Below are positions 10,949 through 24,508 of a DNA stretch of 64,000 nucleotides, piece after piece. Location: assembly GCA_030390025.1 (NCBI GenBank), contig CM059425.1, forward strand, positions 166,534,001 through 166,598,000, written 5' to 3'. This DNA is from Squalus acanthias (taxonomy: Eukaryota). The translations under genes and the position numbers were made by a program. Positions within the stretch are counted from its first letter, which is position 1; every line of letters starts with the position of its first letter. The notes beneath the pieces are model-generated. The model made no database searches, was not told the origin of the DNA, and saw only the letters and a list, made by a program, of their open reading frames with translations.

Positions 10949-12269
10949 CTGGTCTTCTCTTTTGTTCTTTTCAATCTTGATACTATCCTACACAGTGCTC
11001 ATGGCCTTCCATCATGGTTTCTCAAGTTAAATCATGTATTCATATAAAACGTGTTCCTTTCCTATATCCAATTCCATCATGAAGGCTTTTCTTCTGTGGC
11101 CTTCACTACTGTGATTGTCGCCTAGCAACATCATTATTCAGCACTGTTTCCCTTTACTTATGTTAACTTTCTTATCTGTACTGTATTTCACATTTGATTT
11201 AGACAAGCCAACTTGTCCTCGCCCTAGTTTGACATACTACATATGGCATTTTCTCGATTGAATTCAAAAAAAGAAAAGAAATCTCTGATGATTGATCTGT
11301 CACTGTCAGACTTAAAGAAAAGCACAGAACTCTAACTTACCCGTATTTAATGTGGAGAACACTCCTTCAGTATCTAGCTCCTTATCTTAGTGCATTTTAT
11401 CATTTGATGAAATAAAACTTTAACCAGCTTTTCCTGTTACTAAGTGCAACCATTGATTTGCTTTGGAAAACTACAAGTAATTTTTAGTCACCGCACCACA
11501 ATGTTCTGAAATTATCTGGAAGTTCAGGCTTTCTGTACATTTTAAGTTCCTTTTTGGTTAACTTTTATTGGATTAAAGGAATCCATTAAAACACAGAAAC
11601 TTTTTTGTTTGGTCACCAGTAAAAACTTGTATTAATGCAGTATCTTAAATTACAAAAATGGTCATCTTGTGTTGAACATTTATAGCTTTCCTATTTATTT
11701 GAGTTAGAAGCGGACCAATAATGTGATCTTTAGTGCCTGTAATGCATTGGTGCCAGTGCCCCACATTGTGGGGTGCTGAGCCCAGTAACCTACAGAATGT
11801 CTGTTGCTATGCACTAGTTCTGTACTAGGCTCATCGGAACCTTGATTCTCATATAATGAGGAGAAGCAACATGAGAAACATAAAGCATTTTTGTCTATAA
11901 TGCATCATTCATTTGTTTCTTTCATCCTATCAGGTACATATATGGGTTAAAAACCAGGTTCACTCACAGAAAAGGGCTGATGCATGTTTTGATGTTGGAA
12001 ATTTACCTCTAGAGAAAAAAATCCGAAAACATAACAGTCCCCATGATACAAGTGGCATGCTTGTCCTTCACAAATAATGACAGGGAAGCATCAGTAGGCC
12101 ACCGGGGACCCAAAGGAATGGTCCTCGGCATTCAGGTAATTGGTGGGAGTGGGGTTGTGAAGGCTTTGCAGTTGGTAGGGGGAGGAGAAAGCCCAAGGCA
12201 GGGGAGGACTAGATGGCTGAAGGCATGGCCGCTAATAGTGGGGTGAAGGAAATGCTGGATGCACAAGTG

Positions 12270-13215
12270 ATCAAGCCATATAAGAGGCTAATAGAGTTTT
12301 GAGTTATATAAAAAAGTGACTTAGCGTATAAGAGCAAAGAAGTAATGATAAGTTTGTATAAAACGTTGGCCTAACATTTACAATCGGAGGCTACCCGCGG
12401 GCGGATGCCTCCAACCTGTAAAATATCTATGCATTTACCTGGTGGCCCGGGAGTAACGGAGGCTTGGGATCCTGGGCCTCTCCGGGTACATGCGAGCAGA
12501 GGCCCATGTATTCCAGGGCCGCATGTGGTTTGCAAACAGCGCAACTCTCCACCCGCAGAGGCCCATCTCCCGGGGATGGCTATGATCTGTCAAGGAGATT
12601 CTTGACAGATTGTGAGTTCTGGGTTTTAGAGCATGCGCTTCGCATGCCTAAACCCGGAACTTGCCGTGACCCCTATGGGCACGTGCGCACCCTTAGGGGT
12701 CGCAAAATACGGCCAATTAGTTAGGCCACAGGAGTACTTTGTGAGTGCTCCATTATAGAAAGGATATTAAAGCCACAAAGCCTGCATATAGTGTAGATTC
12801 ACCAAGATGATGCCAGGAATGGGAAACTATAGTTATATGGAGGGACCTAAAATAGTAGGATTATTTCCCTGGGGCAGAGAAGGATAAGATAACATTTAAT
12901 AGAGGTTTTTAAAATTATGAAGTGTTTTGATAGAGTGAATAAAAAAAGATGTGTTCTGCTGATTGGGGAATTAGTGATGCAGGGTCATCAATTTAAAATT
13001 ATTACTGAGAATGAGGAGAGAGGTTAGAAGATATTTTTTACACAAGGGTGGATGGAGCACTGGATGCTTTGCCACAGAGAATGATTGAGGCAGAGACCAT
13101 TGCAGTTTTTAAATGAAAATTGGATCGATATTTGAAACCGAGGAAGATGCAAGGCTATGGAGAGAGCGGGCAGTGGGATTAGTTTTGGATTGCTTTAGAA
13201 AAGAGACAGCATAGA
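12270..13215 (+). mobile_element. Old degenerate CR1 3' fragment with a ~350-bp GC-rich MITE-like insert (~12368-12714)
   Basis: Decayed LYKT..RP..EY, RFTKMMPG and FFTQ..W..LP segments. The insert is bounded by GGCC...GGCC and resembles the 54070 and 55990 MITEs. Confidence 0.6.
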
Positions 13216-13506
13216 GGATTCAGTCACTTTCTTGAGACTCTCCAGAACAAATAGTGACTTCTTCTGGAGACATCCTGCCTGTATGTGACTTTACATGTTT
13301 GGCAGTTGACAGCTATTTCTGCTTTGTTGTTTTGCTCATATCATGGAAAATTTTTCTGACTTTTTTCCAAAAGCTACAGGAGGTGGATATAAGTTGATCC
13401 TGTTGGTGATGTCTTCCCAGGTTTCTTGGGGAGTGCGTGCCTGACCAGGATGTTGCTGTCTCTGGCTAGTACCTCCTTCACAAAGACTGACAATCCAATA
13501 TTCATG

Positions 13507-16500
13507 TCATAGAGTCATAACGGCACAAAAGGAGGCCATTCGGCCCATCGAGTCCATGCCGGCTCTCTGTAGAGCAATCCAGTCAGTCCCATTCCCCCTC
13601 AAGTGCCTATCTAGTCTCCCCTTGAAAACATTGAGTGTCTCCGCTTCCACCACTTCCGTCGGCAGCGAATTCCAGGTCATCACCACTTGCTGCGTAAAAA
13701 GGGTTTTCCTCACGTCCGCCCTGTATCTCTTGCCCAAAACCTTAAATCTGTGTCCCCTAGCCCTTGTACCATCAGCTAGTGGGAACAGCCTTTCCCCGTC
13801 TAGCCTATCCAAACCCGTCATAATCTTGTACACCTCTATCAAATCACCCCTCAACCTCCTTTGCTCTAATGAAAACAAATTCAGCTTCTCCAACCTGTCC
13901 TTGTAGCTAAGATCCCCCATCTCCGGAATCATTCTGGTAAATCTCCTCTGCACCCTCTCTAGGGCCTTCACATCCTTCCTAAAGTGTGGTGACCAGAACT
14001 GGACACAATACTCCAGTTGTGGCCTAACCAGGGCTTTATAAAGGTTCAGCATAACTTCTCTACTTTTGTACTCAATACCTCTATTCATGAAGCCCAAGAT
14101 CCCATATGCTTTGTTAACCACTCTCTCAATATGTCCTGCCACCTTCAGGGACCTATGCACATTAACTCCCAGTTCCCTCTGTCCCTGCACACTCTTTAAA
14201 ACTGTGCCATTAAGTGTATATTGCCTCTCCCTGTTCCTTCTGCCAAAATGCATCACCTCACACTTCTCTATTAAATTCCATCTGCCACTTGTCTGCCCAT
14301 TCTGCTAGCCTTTCTATTTCCTGTTGCAGTCGATTGGTATCATCATCACTGTTTGCCACACCCCCAAGTTTGGTGTCATCGGCAAATTTAGAAAATCTAC
14401 TCCGTATTCCAATATCCAGGTCATTTATATATATCAAAAAAAGCAGTGGCCCCAGCACTGACCCTTGGGGAACACCACTGTCTACCATCCTCCAGTCTGA
14501 AAAACAGCCATTTACCACAACTCGCTGTTTTCTGTCCTTAAGCCAATTCCTTATCCAAGCTGCCACTGACCCACCTATTCCATGAGCCTCAGATTTGTTA
14601 ACCAGCCTTCTATGTGTTACTTTGTCAAACGCCTTCCGAAAATCCATGTAGACCACATCCATTGCATTCCCTTCATCAATCCTCTCTGTTACTTCGTTAA
14701 AAAATTCAATTAGATTAGTCAAACACGATCAGCCTTTTACAAATTTGTTTAGGCTCTCCTTAATTAGCTTAAACCTCTCCAAATGCCCGTTAATTTTTAC
14801 CTTGATTATTGTTTCTAAAACTTTACCCACCACTGATGTTAAACTGACTGCCTGTAGTTACTAGGATTGTCCTTACACCCTTTCTTGAACAGTGCCACAA
14901 TGTCACATTTGCCACTTTCCAATCCTCAGGCACCTCCCTCGCATCTAGGGAAGATTGGAAAATTATGGCAAGCCCTTCCGCTTTCTCCTCCCCCTATTCC
15001 CTTAGCAACCTGGGATGCAGGCAATCTGGACCAGACGACTTGTCCACTCTAAGCATACCCAACCTATCTAGTACATCCTGTCTATCAATTTTCACCCCTT
15101 CCATTGCTTCTACCTTTTACACTTCTACCGATATTTTGTTAGCATCCACCTCCTTACTAAACACCGATACAAAGTACTCATTGAGTATTCTAGCCTTGTC
15201 CTGTGCCTCTAAGCATATAACACCTTCTTTGTCTCTAATAGGCCCCACCCCGCCTCTTACTACCCGCTTACTGTGTACATGCCGGTAGAAGATTTTTGAG
15301 TTCCCTTTTATGTTAACCGCCATTCTACTCTCTCATTCTCTCTTTGCCAATCTTATTTTCATCTTCACATCCCCTCTCAACTTATTGTATTTGGTCTGGT
15401 TCTCCCTTGAAGAATTCACCTGACATGCATCATACACCTTTTTTTGTTTCATCATCTTCTCTATCTCCCTCGTCATCCAAGGAGCCCTTGCTTTGGTTCC
15501 CTTACCCATCCCTCTTGTTGGAATATACCTAGCCTGTACTTGGAACATCTCCTCCTTAAAGATCACCCATTGTTCTGTTACAGATTTTCCTGTCAGTCTT
15601 TGGTTCCATTTTACCCTGGCTAGATCCTTTCGCATCCCATTGAAGTTAGCCCAATTCCAGTTTAGAAGTTCCACTCTAGATTGTTCCTTGCTCCTCTCCA
15701 ATGCTAATCTAAATCTTATGATACGATGATCACTCGTACCCAAGTGTTCTCCCACAGACACTTGGTCGACCTGGCCCACCTCATTCCCCAGCACCAGATC
15801 CAGCAATGCCTCCTTCCTAGTTGGGCCAAGAACATATTGGTCAAGGAAATTCTCCTGAACACATTTCAGAAATTCCTCCCCCACCTTTCCCTTTACCCTA
15901 GCATTATCCCAATCGATATTTGGGTAATTAAAGTCCCCCAATATCACCACTCTATAGCTCTTGCATATCTCTGCGATTTCCCTGCAGATTTGCTCCTCTA
16001 CCTCGTGGTAGATTACTACCGTTGAGGTCCTGTTTCGTAATCTCTCTCCTAGCTCCCTAAACTCTGCCTGCAGGACCTCATCCCTCTTCCTGCCTATGTC
16101 ATTGGTACCGATATGGACAATGACCTCTGGCTGTTCACCCTCCCCCCTCAGAATGTCCTGCAGTTGCTCCGTGACATCCTTCAGCCTGGCACCAGGGAGG
16201 CAACATACCATCCTGGAGTCACATCTACTGCCGCAGATGCGCCTGTCTGCTCCCCTAACTATCGAATCCCCTACCACTATTGCTCTTCCACTCTTTTTCC
16301 TCCCCCCCCTGTGCAGCTGAGCCACTCGTGGTGCCGTGGACTTGACTCTGGCTGCACTCCCCAGAGGAACCATTGCCCTCACCAGTACTCAGAACAGAAT
16401 ACTGGTTGGAGAGTGCGATGCACTCCGGGGACTCCTGTACTACCTGCCTGGTCCTCCTCTTCTGTCTGGCGGTCACCCATTCCCTCTCTGCCTGCACACT

Positions 16501-17065
16501 CTTAAGCTGCAGGGTGACCACCTCTAGAAACGTGCTATCCACATAACTCTCAGCCTCGTGGATGCACCACAGTGACTCCAGCCGCCGCTCAAGCTCCGAA
16601 ACCCAGAGCTCGAGTTGCTGTAGCTGGCGACAGTTCCCACACTGTGGTCGTCCAGACTACGCGAAGCATCCAGGACTTCCCACATGGCACAGGATGTGCA
16701 CTCCACGGGACTGAGCTGCCCTGCCATGCCTCTATTTAATAGACTAAGAACTAACCCAGCAGAAATAAACTTAAAACCTAACAAAAAACACTCCCCAGCT
16801 AACAAAAAACACTCCCAGCTACTCACGAATCAGCTCTTTCCCTCTATTTAATGGGCTATTAACTAACTTAGCAGAAATAAACTTATAAACGTAAAAAAAA
16901 TACACTCACCAGCTACTCACCAATCAGCTCCTTCCCTTGTGCTGACGTCACTTTTTTCACTCTGACGTCACTTTTTCAAAAACTGCCTCTGATGAGTTGC
17001 TGCCGCTCCTTTTAACTGCTCCGCTCTCGCTGTGCTCCCTCCAGGTCCACTCCTTCCGGTCTCGG
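13507..17065 (-). mobile_element. Near full-length CR1 LINE: 5' UTR, ORF1 (Cys-rich N-terminus plus SGNH esterase) and ORF2 (APE-RT), with an internal deletion and frameshifts
   Basis: ORF1 motifs are VECTSCAMWE, AIVVGDSIVRG, CCLPGA and VIVHIGTND. ORF2 motifs are VILGDFNYP, LLDLVL, SDH, PQGSVLGP and KFADD. The 3' end is nearly identical to the 1-927 copy, and the 5' UTR has two TGACGTCA. Confidence 0.92.
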
Positions 17066-17478
17066 GTAATTGGCTTTTGTGAACAATTTCTGACCACAGC
17101 TATAAAGTACCCGATCGTCATATCTCAACTGACACCAGCATGTTTCTTATAAAGACTGTGAGATTCTCATTTCCTGCTTGTTAAAATATTAAACTGCGAT
17201 AATTGTGTCTCTGTTTTTACTGCCTCATTAAACTCCATAACAATGGCTATCACAGGGTGGCTCAGAGAAATTGCAGCGTTACCACATGTCCATAAATTGA
17301 TTGTCTTGTATGAACAATTCATTTATCAAAGACCCTAATGGCTGACAGCTGGAAAATCAATCTTTGAAGTTCTTTGTATTTTTCATCTATGTTACAGATT
17401 TTTAAGCCAGTTCACCTGGATTTGGAATTATCCATGGCCTTTGTTTTTGAAGAATTAATTTAACATATCTGCCAGTTT

Positions 17479-20400
17479 AGGGGTACAGTAGCATAATGGT
17501 TATGTTACTGGACTAGTGACCCAGAGGCCTGGAATAAGGATCCGGAGACATGAGTTCAAATCGCACCACGGCAGCTGGGGAATTTAAATTCAGTTAATTA
17601 AATAAATCTGGAATAAAAAGCTAGTATCAGTAATGGTAACCATGAAACTACTGGATTGTCATAAAAACCCAACTGGTTCACTAATGTCCTTTACGGAAAG
17701 AAATCTGCCGTCCTTACCTGGTCTGGACTATATGTGACTCCAGATCCATAGCAATATGTTTGACTCTTAACTGCCCTCTGAAATGGCCTAGCAAGCCACT
17801 CAATTGTACCAAACTTCTACAATAAAACTGGATGGTCCACCCGCATCGACCTAGGCACCGGACATGACAAAGGCACACCCAGCCCAGTCGAACCTGCAAA
17901 GTCCTCCTCACCAACATCTGGGGACTTATGCCAAAATTGGGAGAGCTGTCCCACAGACTAGTCAAACAACAGCCTGACATAGTCATACTCACAGAATCAT
18001 ACCTTTCAACCAACGTCCCAGACTCCTCCATCACCATCCCTGGATATGTCTTGTCCCACCGGAAGGACAGACCCACCAGAGGTGGCGGCATAGTGATATA
18101 CAGTCGGCAGGGAGTGGCCCTGGAAGTCCTCAACATTGACTCTCGACCCCATGAAGTCTCATGGTATCAGGTCAAGCATGGGCAAGGAAACCTCCTGCTG
18201 ATTACCACCTACCGCCCTCCCTCAGCTGATGAGTCAGTACTCCTCCATGTTGAACACCACATGGAAGAAGCACTGAGGGTAGCAAGGGCACAGAATGTAC
18301 TCTGGATGCGGGAACTTCAATGTCCATCACCAAGAGTGACTCAGTAGCACCACTACTGACTGAGCTGGCCGAGTCCTGAGGGACATAGCTGGCAGTCTGG
18401 GCCTGCGACAGGTGGTGAGAGAATCAACATGAGGGAAAAATCTACTTGACCTTGTCCTCATCAATCTACCTGTTACAGATGCATCTGTCCATGACAGTAT
18501 TGGTAGGAGTGAGCACTGCATAGTCCTTGTGGAGATGAAGTTCCGTCTTCACACTGAGGACAATCTCCATTGTGTTGTGTAGCACTACCACCGTGCTAAA
18601 TGGGATAGATTCAGAACAGATCTAGCAGCTCACAACTGGGCATCCATGAGGCACTGTGGGCCATCAGCAGCAGCAGAATTGAATTCCACCACAATCTGTA
18701 ACCTTGTGGCCCAGTATATTCTTCACTCTACCATTATCATCAAGCCAGGGGACCAACCCTGGTTTAATGAGGAGTGTAGAAGAGAATGCCAGGAGCAGCA
18801 CCAGGTGTACCTAAAAATGAAGTGCCCACCTGGAGAAGCTGCAACACAGGACTACATACATGATAAACAGCGGAAACAGCATGCTATAGACAGAGCTACG
18901 CGATCCCACAACCAACGGATCAGATGAAAGCTCTGCATTCCTGCCACACCCACTCATGAATGCTGGAGGACAATTAAACAACTAACGGGAGGAGGAGGCT
19001 CCATGAATATCCCCATCCTCAATGATGGTGGAGCCCAGCACATGAGTGCAAAAGATTAGGCTGAGCATTCGCAACGATCTTCAGCCAGAAGTGCTGAGTG
19101 GATGATCCATATCGGCCTCCTCCTGAGGTCCCCACCATCACAGAAGCCAGTCTTCAGCCAATTCGATTCACTCCATGTGATATCAAGAAATGGCTGAGCG
19201 CACTGGATACAACAAAGTTTAAGGGCCACGACAACATCCCCGCTGTCGTACTGAAGACTTGTTCTCCAGAAGTAGCTGTGCCTCTAGCCAAGCTATTCCA
19301 GTACAGTTACAACACTGGCATCTATCCGACAATGTGGAAAATTGCCCAGGTGTGTCCTGTTTACAAAATGCAGGACAAATCCAATCCGGCCAATTACCGC
19401 CCCATCAGTCTACTCTCAATCATCAGCAAAGTGATGGAAGGTGTCATCACTAGTGCTATCAGGTGGCACTTACTCATCAATAACCTGCTCACTGATGCCC
19501 AGTTTGGGTTCCACCAGGACCACTCGGCTCCCAACCTCATTACAGCCATGGTCCAAACATGGACAAAGGAGCTGAATTCCAGAGGTGAAGTGAGAGTGAC
19601 TGCCCTTGACATGAAGGCAGCATTTGACCGAGTGCGGCATCAAGGAGCCCGAGTAAAACTGATGTCAATGGGAATCAGGTGGAAATCTCTCCACTGGCTG
19701 GAATCATACCTAGTACAAAGGAAGATAGTTGTGGCTGTTGGAAGCCAATCATCTCAGCCCCAGGACATTGCTGCAGGGCAGTGTCCTCGGACCAACCATT
19801 TTCAGCTGCTTCATCAATGACCTTCCCTCCATCATAAGGTCAGATGTGGGGATATTCGCTGATGATTGCAGTGTTCAGTTCCATTCACAACTCCTCAGAC
19901 AATGAAGCAGTCCATGCCCGCATGCAGCAAGACCTGGACAGCAATTAGGCTTGGGCTGATAAGTGGCAAGTAACATTCATGCCACACAAGTGCCAGACAA
20001 TGACCATCTCCAACAAGCAAAAGTCTAACCACCTCCCCTTGACATTCGACGGCATTACCATCGCCGAATCCCCCACCCACAACAACCTGGGGGTCACCAT
20101 TGACCAGAAACTTAACTGGACCAGCCACATAAATACTATGGCTACAAGAGCAGGTAAGAGGCTGGGTATTCTGCGGCGAGTGACTCATCTCCTGACTCCC
20201 CAAAGCCTTTCCACCATCTCGAGGGGCCAAATGGCCTACTCCTGCTCCTATTTCTTATCTACAAGGCACAAGTTAGGAGTGTGATGGAATACTCTCCACT
20301 TGCCTGGATGAGTGAAGCTCCAATAACACTCAAGAAGCTCGACACCATCCAGGACAAAGCAGCCCGCTTGATTGCCCTCCCATCCACCGCCTTAAACATT

Positions 20401-20775
20401 CACTTCCTCCACCACCATCTACAAGATGCACTGCAGTAACTCGCCAAGGCTTCTTCAACAGCATCTCCCAAACCCGTGACCTGTACCGCCTAGAAGGACA
20501 AGGGCAGCAGGCACAAGGGAACACCATCACCTTCAAATTCCTTTCCAAGTCACACACCATCCTGACTTGGAAATATATCGCCGTTCCTTTATCGTTGCTG
20601 GGTAAAAATCCAGGAACTCCCTCCCTAACAGCACTGTGGGAGTACCTTCACCACACGGACTGCAGCGGTTCAAGAACGTGGCTCACGAGCACCTTCTCAA
20701 GGGCAATTAAGGATGGGCAATAAATGCTGGCCTTGCCAGCGATGCCCATATCCCATGAACAAATAATTTTTTTGC
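17479..20775 (+). mobile_element. Degenerate CR1/L2-group LINE (APE + RT) with a tRNA-like SINE head at its 5' end
   Basis: A box TAGCATAATGG (~17489) and B box GAGTTCAAATC (~17552). These are followed by PDIVILTES, TTYRPPS, NYRPISLLS, QFGF, LDMKAAFDRV and IFADD, with many stops. The 3' end is GGATGGGCAATAAATGCTGGCC. Confidence 0.85.
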
Positions 20776-20988
20776 TGATCTTTCTACCCACCTTATCTCT
20801 TAAAGAACCTCAGAAACTATTCTATCCATTCAATACAGAATGAAAAAAGCTTCTTTGGATCCTTCTGTTGCCATCTACAATTCATCTTTCCATTGTTCCT
20901 TTTGTATCTGTAAAATACTAATTTTAGTTATCCTCATCTGATTTTTGTTTAATTTCTAATTTTCATTTCCACTTTATTTCTTCATCAG

Positions 20989-21132
20989 AAATTTCCTATG
21001 GGGTTTTCCTGATCAGTTGCCGTAACTTCAGTGGAATATTGACGGAAACCCTGTTTACGTATCTATCCATGGTTTCCGCCAATTTTCCACCGAGTTACAG
21101 CAACCAATCAGGAGAAGCCCTGACAAAATTCT
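20989..21132. repeat. Short palindromic (MITE-like) element
   Basis: GGTTTTCCTGATCAGTTGCCGTAACT...GACGGAAACC pairs imperfectly with GGTTTCCGCC...AGTTACAGCAACCAATCAGGAGAAGCC. Confidence 0.6.
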
Positions 21133-21751
21133 TGGAGCTTGTATATATATTTTTAGCTTAATTTATAGCTCTTAAGTTATTTTCACCCTTTCTCAGCTAC
21201 TGTGTCCTACAGTTGGTGTTACTACTTTTCCATTTTTTTCTCATAGTGATATACTTCCCTTCCACATCACGTAAAGTGATACTAAGAAATTTACACTCCT
21301 CTTGTGTTTTATTTTTGATTTTGATTTCCACTTCAACCCCTTGGAGCTCTCCTCGAAGCTCAAGAGTTTGCTTTTCTAAAGTTTTATGCAACTGCGTTGT
21401 TAGTTTTGGCATTATCTCTTATTGCAACAGTAAATATAATTGTACAATTATACAGTCCAAGTGCTTGGCGAATTCTAGGCACTAATCAATTCCAGTGGAT
21501 GACTAAATACTAAAGGGGCAATTTTCCTGGGACTTGTACTGTGATGCGCTGTACCCAGTGGGAATCGGCAGCGCTCCAACTTCTAATTGGAACTCACTGT
21601 CATGTGGTGGCCTTTTTGTGGATGGGCATTAAGACCTCCAATTCAGAGCAATTATGAGGGCAAATTATCATGTGAAATTGGAGTGCTGCTCCAGGCCTTA
21701 AAGGCCTGTTGTTGCTTGAAAGGATTGCTTAGTTCTTTGGGAAAGCCTATG

Positions 21752-23508
21752 GGGCTGGATTTTACCAACCTCAGCGGGTCCGTGGCGGGCGATGTCGGTG
21801 GCGGGTCCCGGCCTCGCTGCTGGCTCCATCCCTCTGTCCAAAAAGATTTTCCCCTGATTGGGCTTGTTAAACCCACCCAGCGCGTTTGTCGGCCAATTGA
21901 AGGAAGTGGGTCTGATGATGTAATTTGATGACGCGTCATCAGCCGGTTTCCTTAAAGGGACCATGTGCAAATTTAGTTTCACAGTTGTTCTGTCAGTGTT
22001 CTACAGCATTGAGGTGCTGCAAACACTGGCAAGCACACACAGAGGTGCACAGCTGCACCCAGGCTCTCCCATGACTCCCTCCATATACTTATGGAGGGAG
22101 TCACAGCATGCATGGAGGTTCTCTTCCCTTCCAATGGGCGGAAGAGATCTCCCCAGGACACCAACGCAGCCTGGTTGCACATTGCACAGGAGGACACAAG
22201 CAGCGATGTCCTCAGGAGGACCAGGCTGCAGTGGCGCAAACCTTTCAATTATCTCAGTAGATCACGAAACGTTACTGCAAAGCCACACTCAACCTCATCC
22301 TGCTGTGCCACTCATCACATCCCTATCACTCTGCCTTCCCTACCCTACTCCTGCACATCCTTACTCACACCAACTTACCTTGCACCTCCACCCATCCCTC
22401 TCTATCTACATTATCACTTCCCCATCTCACTAGCCACCCCTCACACTCACCCTCATCCTAGTCCAATCATACCAACTAACAACATACAAGGGTAGGCACT
22501 TGGGTGTTTTAGCCAATGTTCATGTAAAGTTTCTGTGAATGTGCTGTCAAACATTGAAATCTTTATTTACAACACTTTGCATTCTTGGACAGATCTGTGT
22601 GCATCTTTGGAAGGGGCTTAGTGAGCTGCAGTGAATGGTGAGACATAACGGTACCCCCACCCCCCGCAATGGTGATGAGTGTGAAAGGAATGGCTTGGGC
22701 ATTGTAGGGATGCTTTATGGTGTTGGTGTGGGATGGTGCAAACCTGGCGTATCATGTAGCAGCCAGGGTGTACAGCATCAAGTGAAGTAAATCTGGCCAT
22801 GGTGAGGCCATTCCTGGCGTCCCGGGCAGCAATGTGATCGGGTGCTGATGCCCTGTGTCCTGTGCAGCATCAGTTGATTGCGGAGAAGGATGGTGTTGTT
22901 GTTGGTGCTGCTGGTGTGCCTGGTGCTTCTGGTATTGGGGCTGATCCTGGTGGGATTCTGAGGACCAAGGTGAGATAGTTTCAAGGGCACTGATGCTGAT
23001 GGAATAGATGAGCAGAAAGCAGAAGGCTGCAGCTTTTGACAGTTCAGCGGCCATTCTGCTTTCTGTGCCAGTGAGATGAGGGACTCCGAGACCTGAAGGG
23101 ATGAAGTCTGCAGGAAGAAGTAAAGGTAAGTAAAACTGTACACACACCTCACACACTTACCTCTCCACACTTGCACTCATCACTCACCTGCACACCGGAC
23201 ATCTCGACTCCCGCAGACCGACGGCCCGCCTCGCTGACCCTGGTGAGGTTCGAAGCCGTCGGGAAGCCCACACTTCAGGGCTGAAAATAGGGATTCTCAA
23301 AAAAACTGCCTTTTAACTACCTGTTAACAGGCAGCTAATTGGCACTAATCCCCTTCCTGCCTCGGGGAGGCGGCTCCCAGCGCGGGTCGGGTACCCGCCT
23401 CCTGGGAAGATGGCACGGAGGCGGGTCGGGGGCGGGATGGGTACCCGCTCCCAGATTCTGCCATTTTCCCAGCAGTCCCGCCTCCCCAGGGCTGGCAAAA
23501 TTCCCCCC
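21752..23508 (+). mobile_element. Non-autonomous Harbinger, family 2, copy A, with a decayed Myb exon
   Basis: Ends are GGGCTGGATTTT and AAAATTCCCCCC. ORF 22091 (VLFPSNGRKR...AAWLHIAQE...LQWRKPFNYL) is homologous to Myb exon 1. It is collinear with copies B and C. Confidence 0.85.
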
Positions 23509-23635
23509 TTTGTCTCCAGGACACCGAAGTCCCATAGGATACTTTCTGGTTCCTCATTTAGGACTTGTTTCACAATGATTGGCACATCAGTATCAATGAA
23601 ATAGTTCTTTGTGGACAATTCTGATCATAACTAAG

Positions 23636-23785
23636 AAGTAGAATCATAGAATTATAGAATAGTCGAGCAATAGTAGAGCCATTCGGCCCATCAAGTCTGT
23701 GCCGGCTCTTTTGGAGAGCAATCCAGTTAGCCTCACTCCCCCACTCTTTCCCCATACCCCTACAATTTTTCTCCTTCAAGTAGGC
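23636..23785 (-). mobile_element. CR1 3' UTR and tail fragment
   Basis: CATTCGGCCCATC...AATCCAGT...CCCCATACCC matches the other CR1 3' ends in the window. Confidence 0.7.
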
Positions 23786-23869
23786 GATCATCAAACTGAC
23801 AAACAGTTTGTTTCTTATAAAGGTTACAATGCCCTCATTTACCCTTTGTTCCCCATTCCATCCTTAATC

Positions 23870-24185
23870 TCCACTTTTTACCTCAATGTCCTTGAACATA
23901 TTATTGCCTTCCAGTTCTGTGGAACCTTGTCTTCTGTTAGACCTCAAGCTGAGTTTCAAATCCCATTTCCTATCCATTACCAAGACTGCTTATTTGCAAT
24001 CCTGCAACATTCCCTGTCTCCATTCCTATATTGCCCTCATTGTTGCTGTAACCCTTCACATGCCTCTAGACTTGACTTTTCTCATGCGCTCCTTGCTGGC
24101 CATCCAGCCTCCACCCTCCTTAAACTCCAAATCATCCAAAACACTACCACTCATATCCTATCCCACAGTAACCCATTACTCCCGT
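23870..24185 (+). mobile_element. Old L2 fragment
   Basis: SFKSH..SITKTAY and SRLDFS.ALLAG..LQIIQN resemble the L2 at 36780-37000. Confidence 0.6.
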
Positions 24186-24508
24186 TATGTTGGCTCAAAA
24201 TCTAAAGGTCCTTTGGAAGACGGTACCAATGACTTGTGGATAGCTATCAAGGTCATGCAAAACTGCAATGGCTGCAAGCTTTAATATGAACTGGAAGCAC
24301 ATGTAGGAGCTTGAGGCATTTGAAACTGACACATTAAAAGCAACGCACACAGATATAATCGAGCAAAAATGTTTTAAAGAAGGTTTTTTTTTAACAAAGG
24401 GGTCGAATAACAACTGCACTGTGCATGCATGTTAGTATTGAAAGGCTAAGGTAGCAGAATTTTGTTAAACTGATCCTGCCATAATATCTAGTGACATCAC
24501 TTTTTTTT

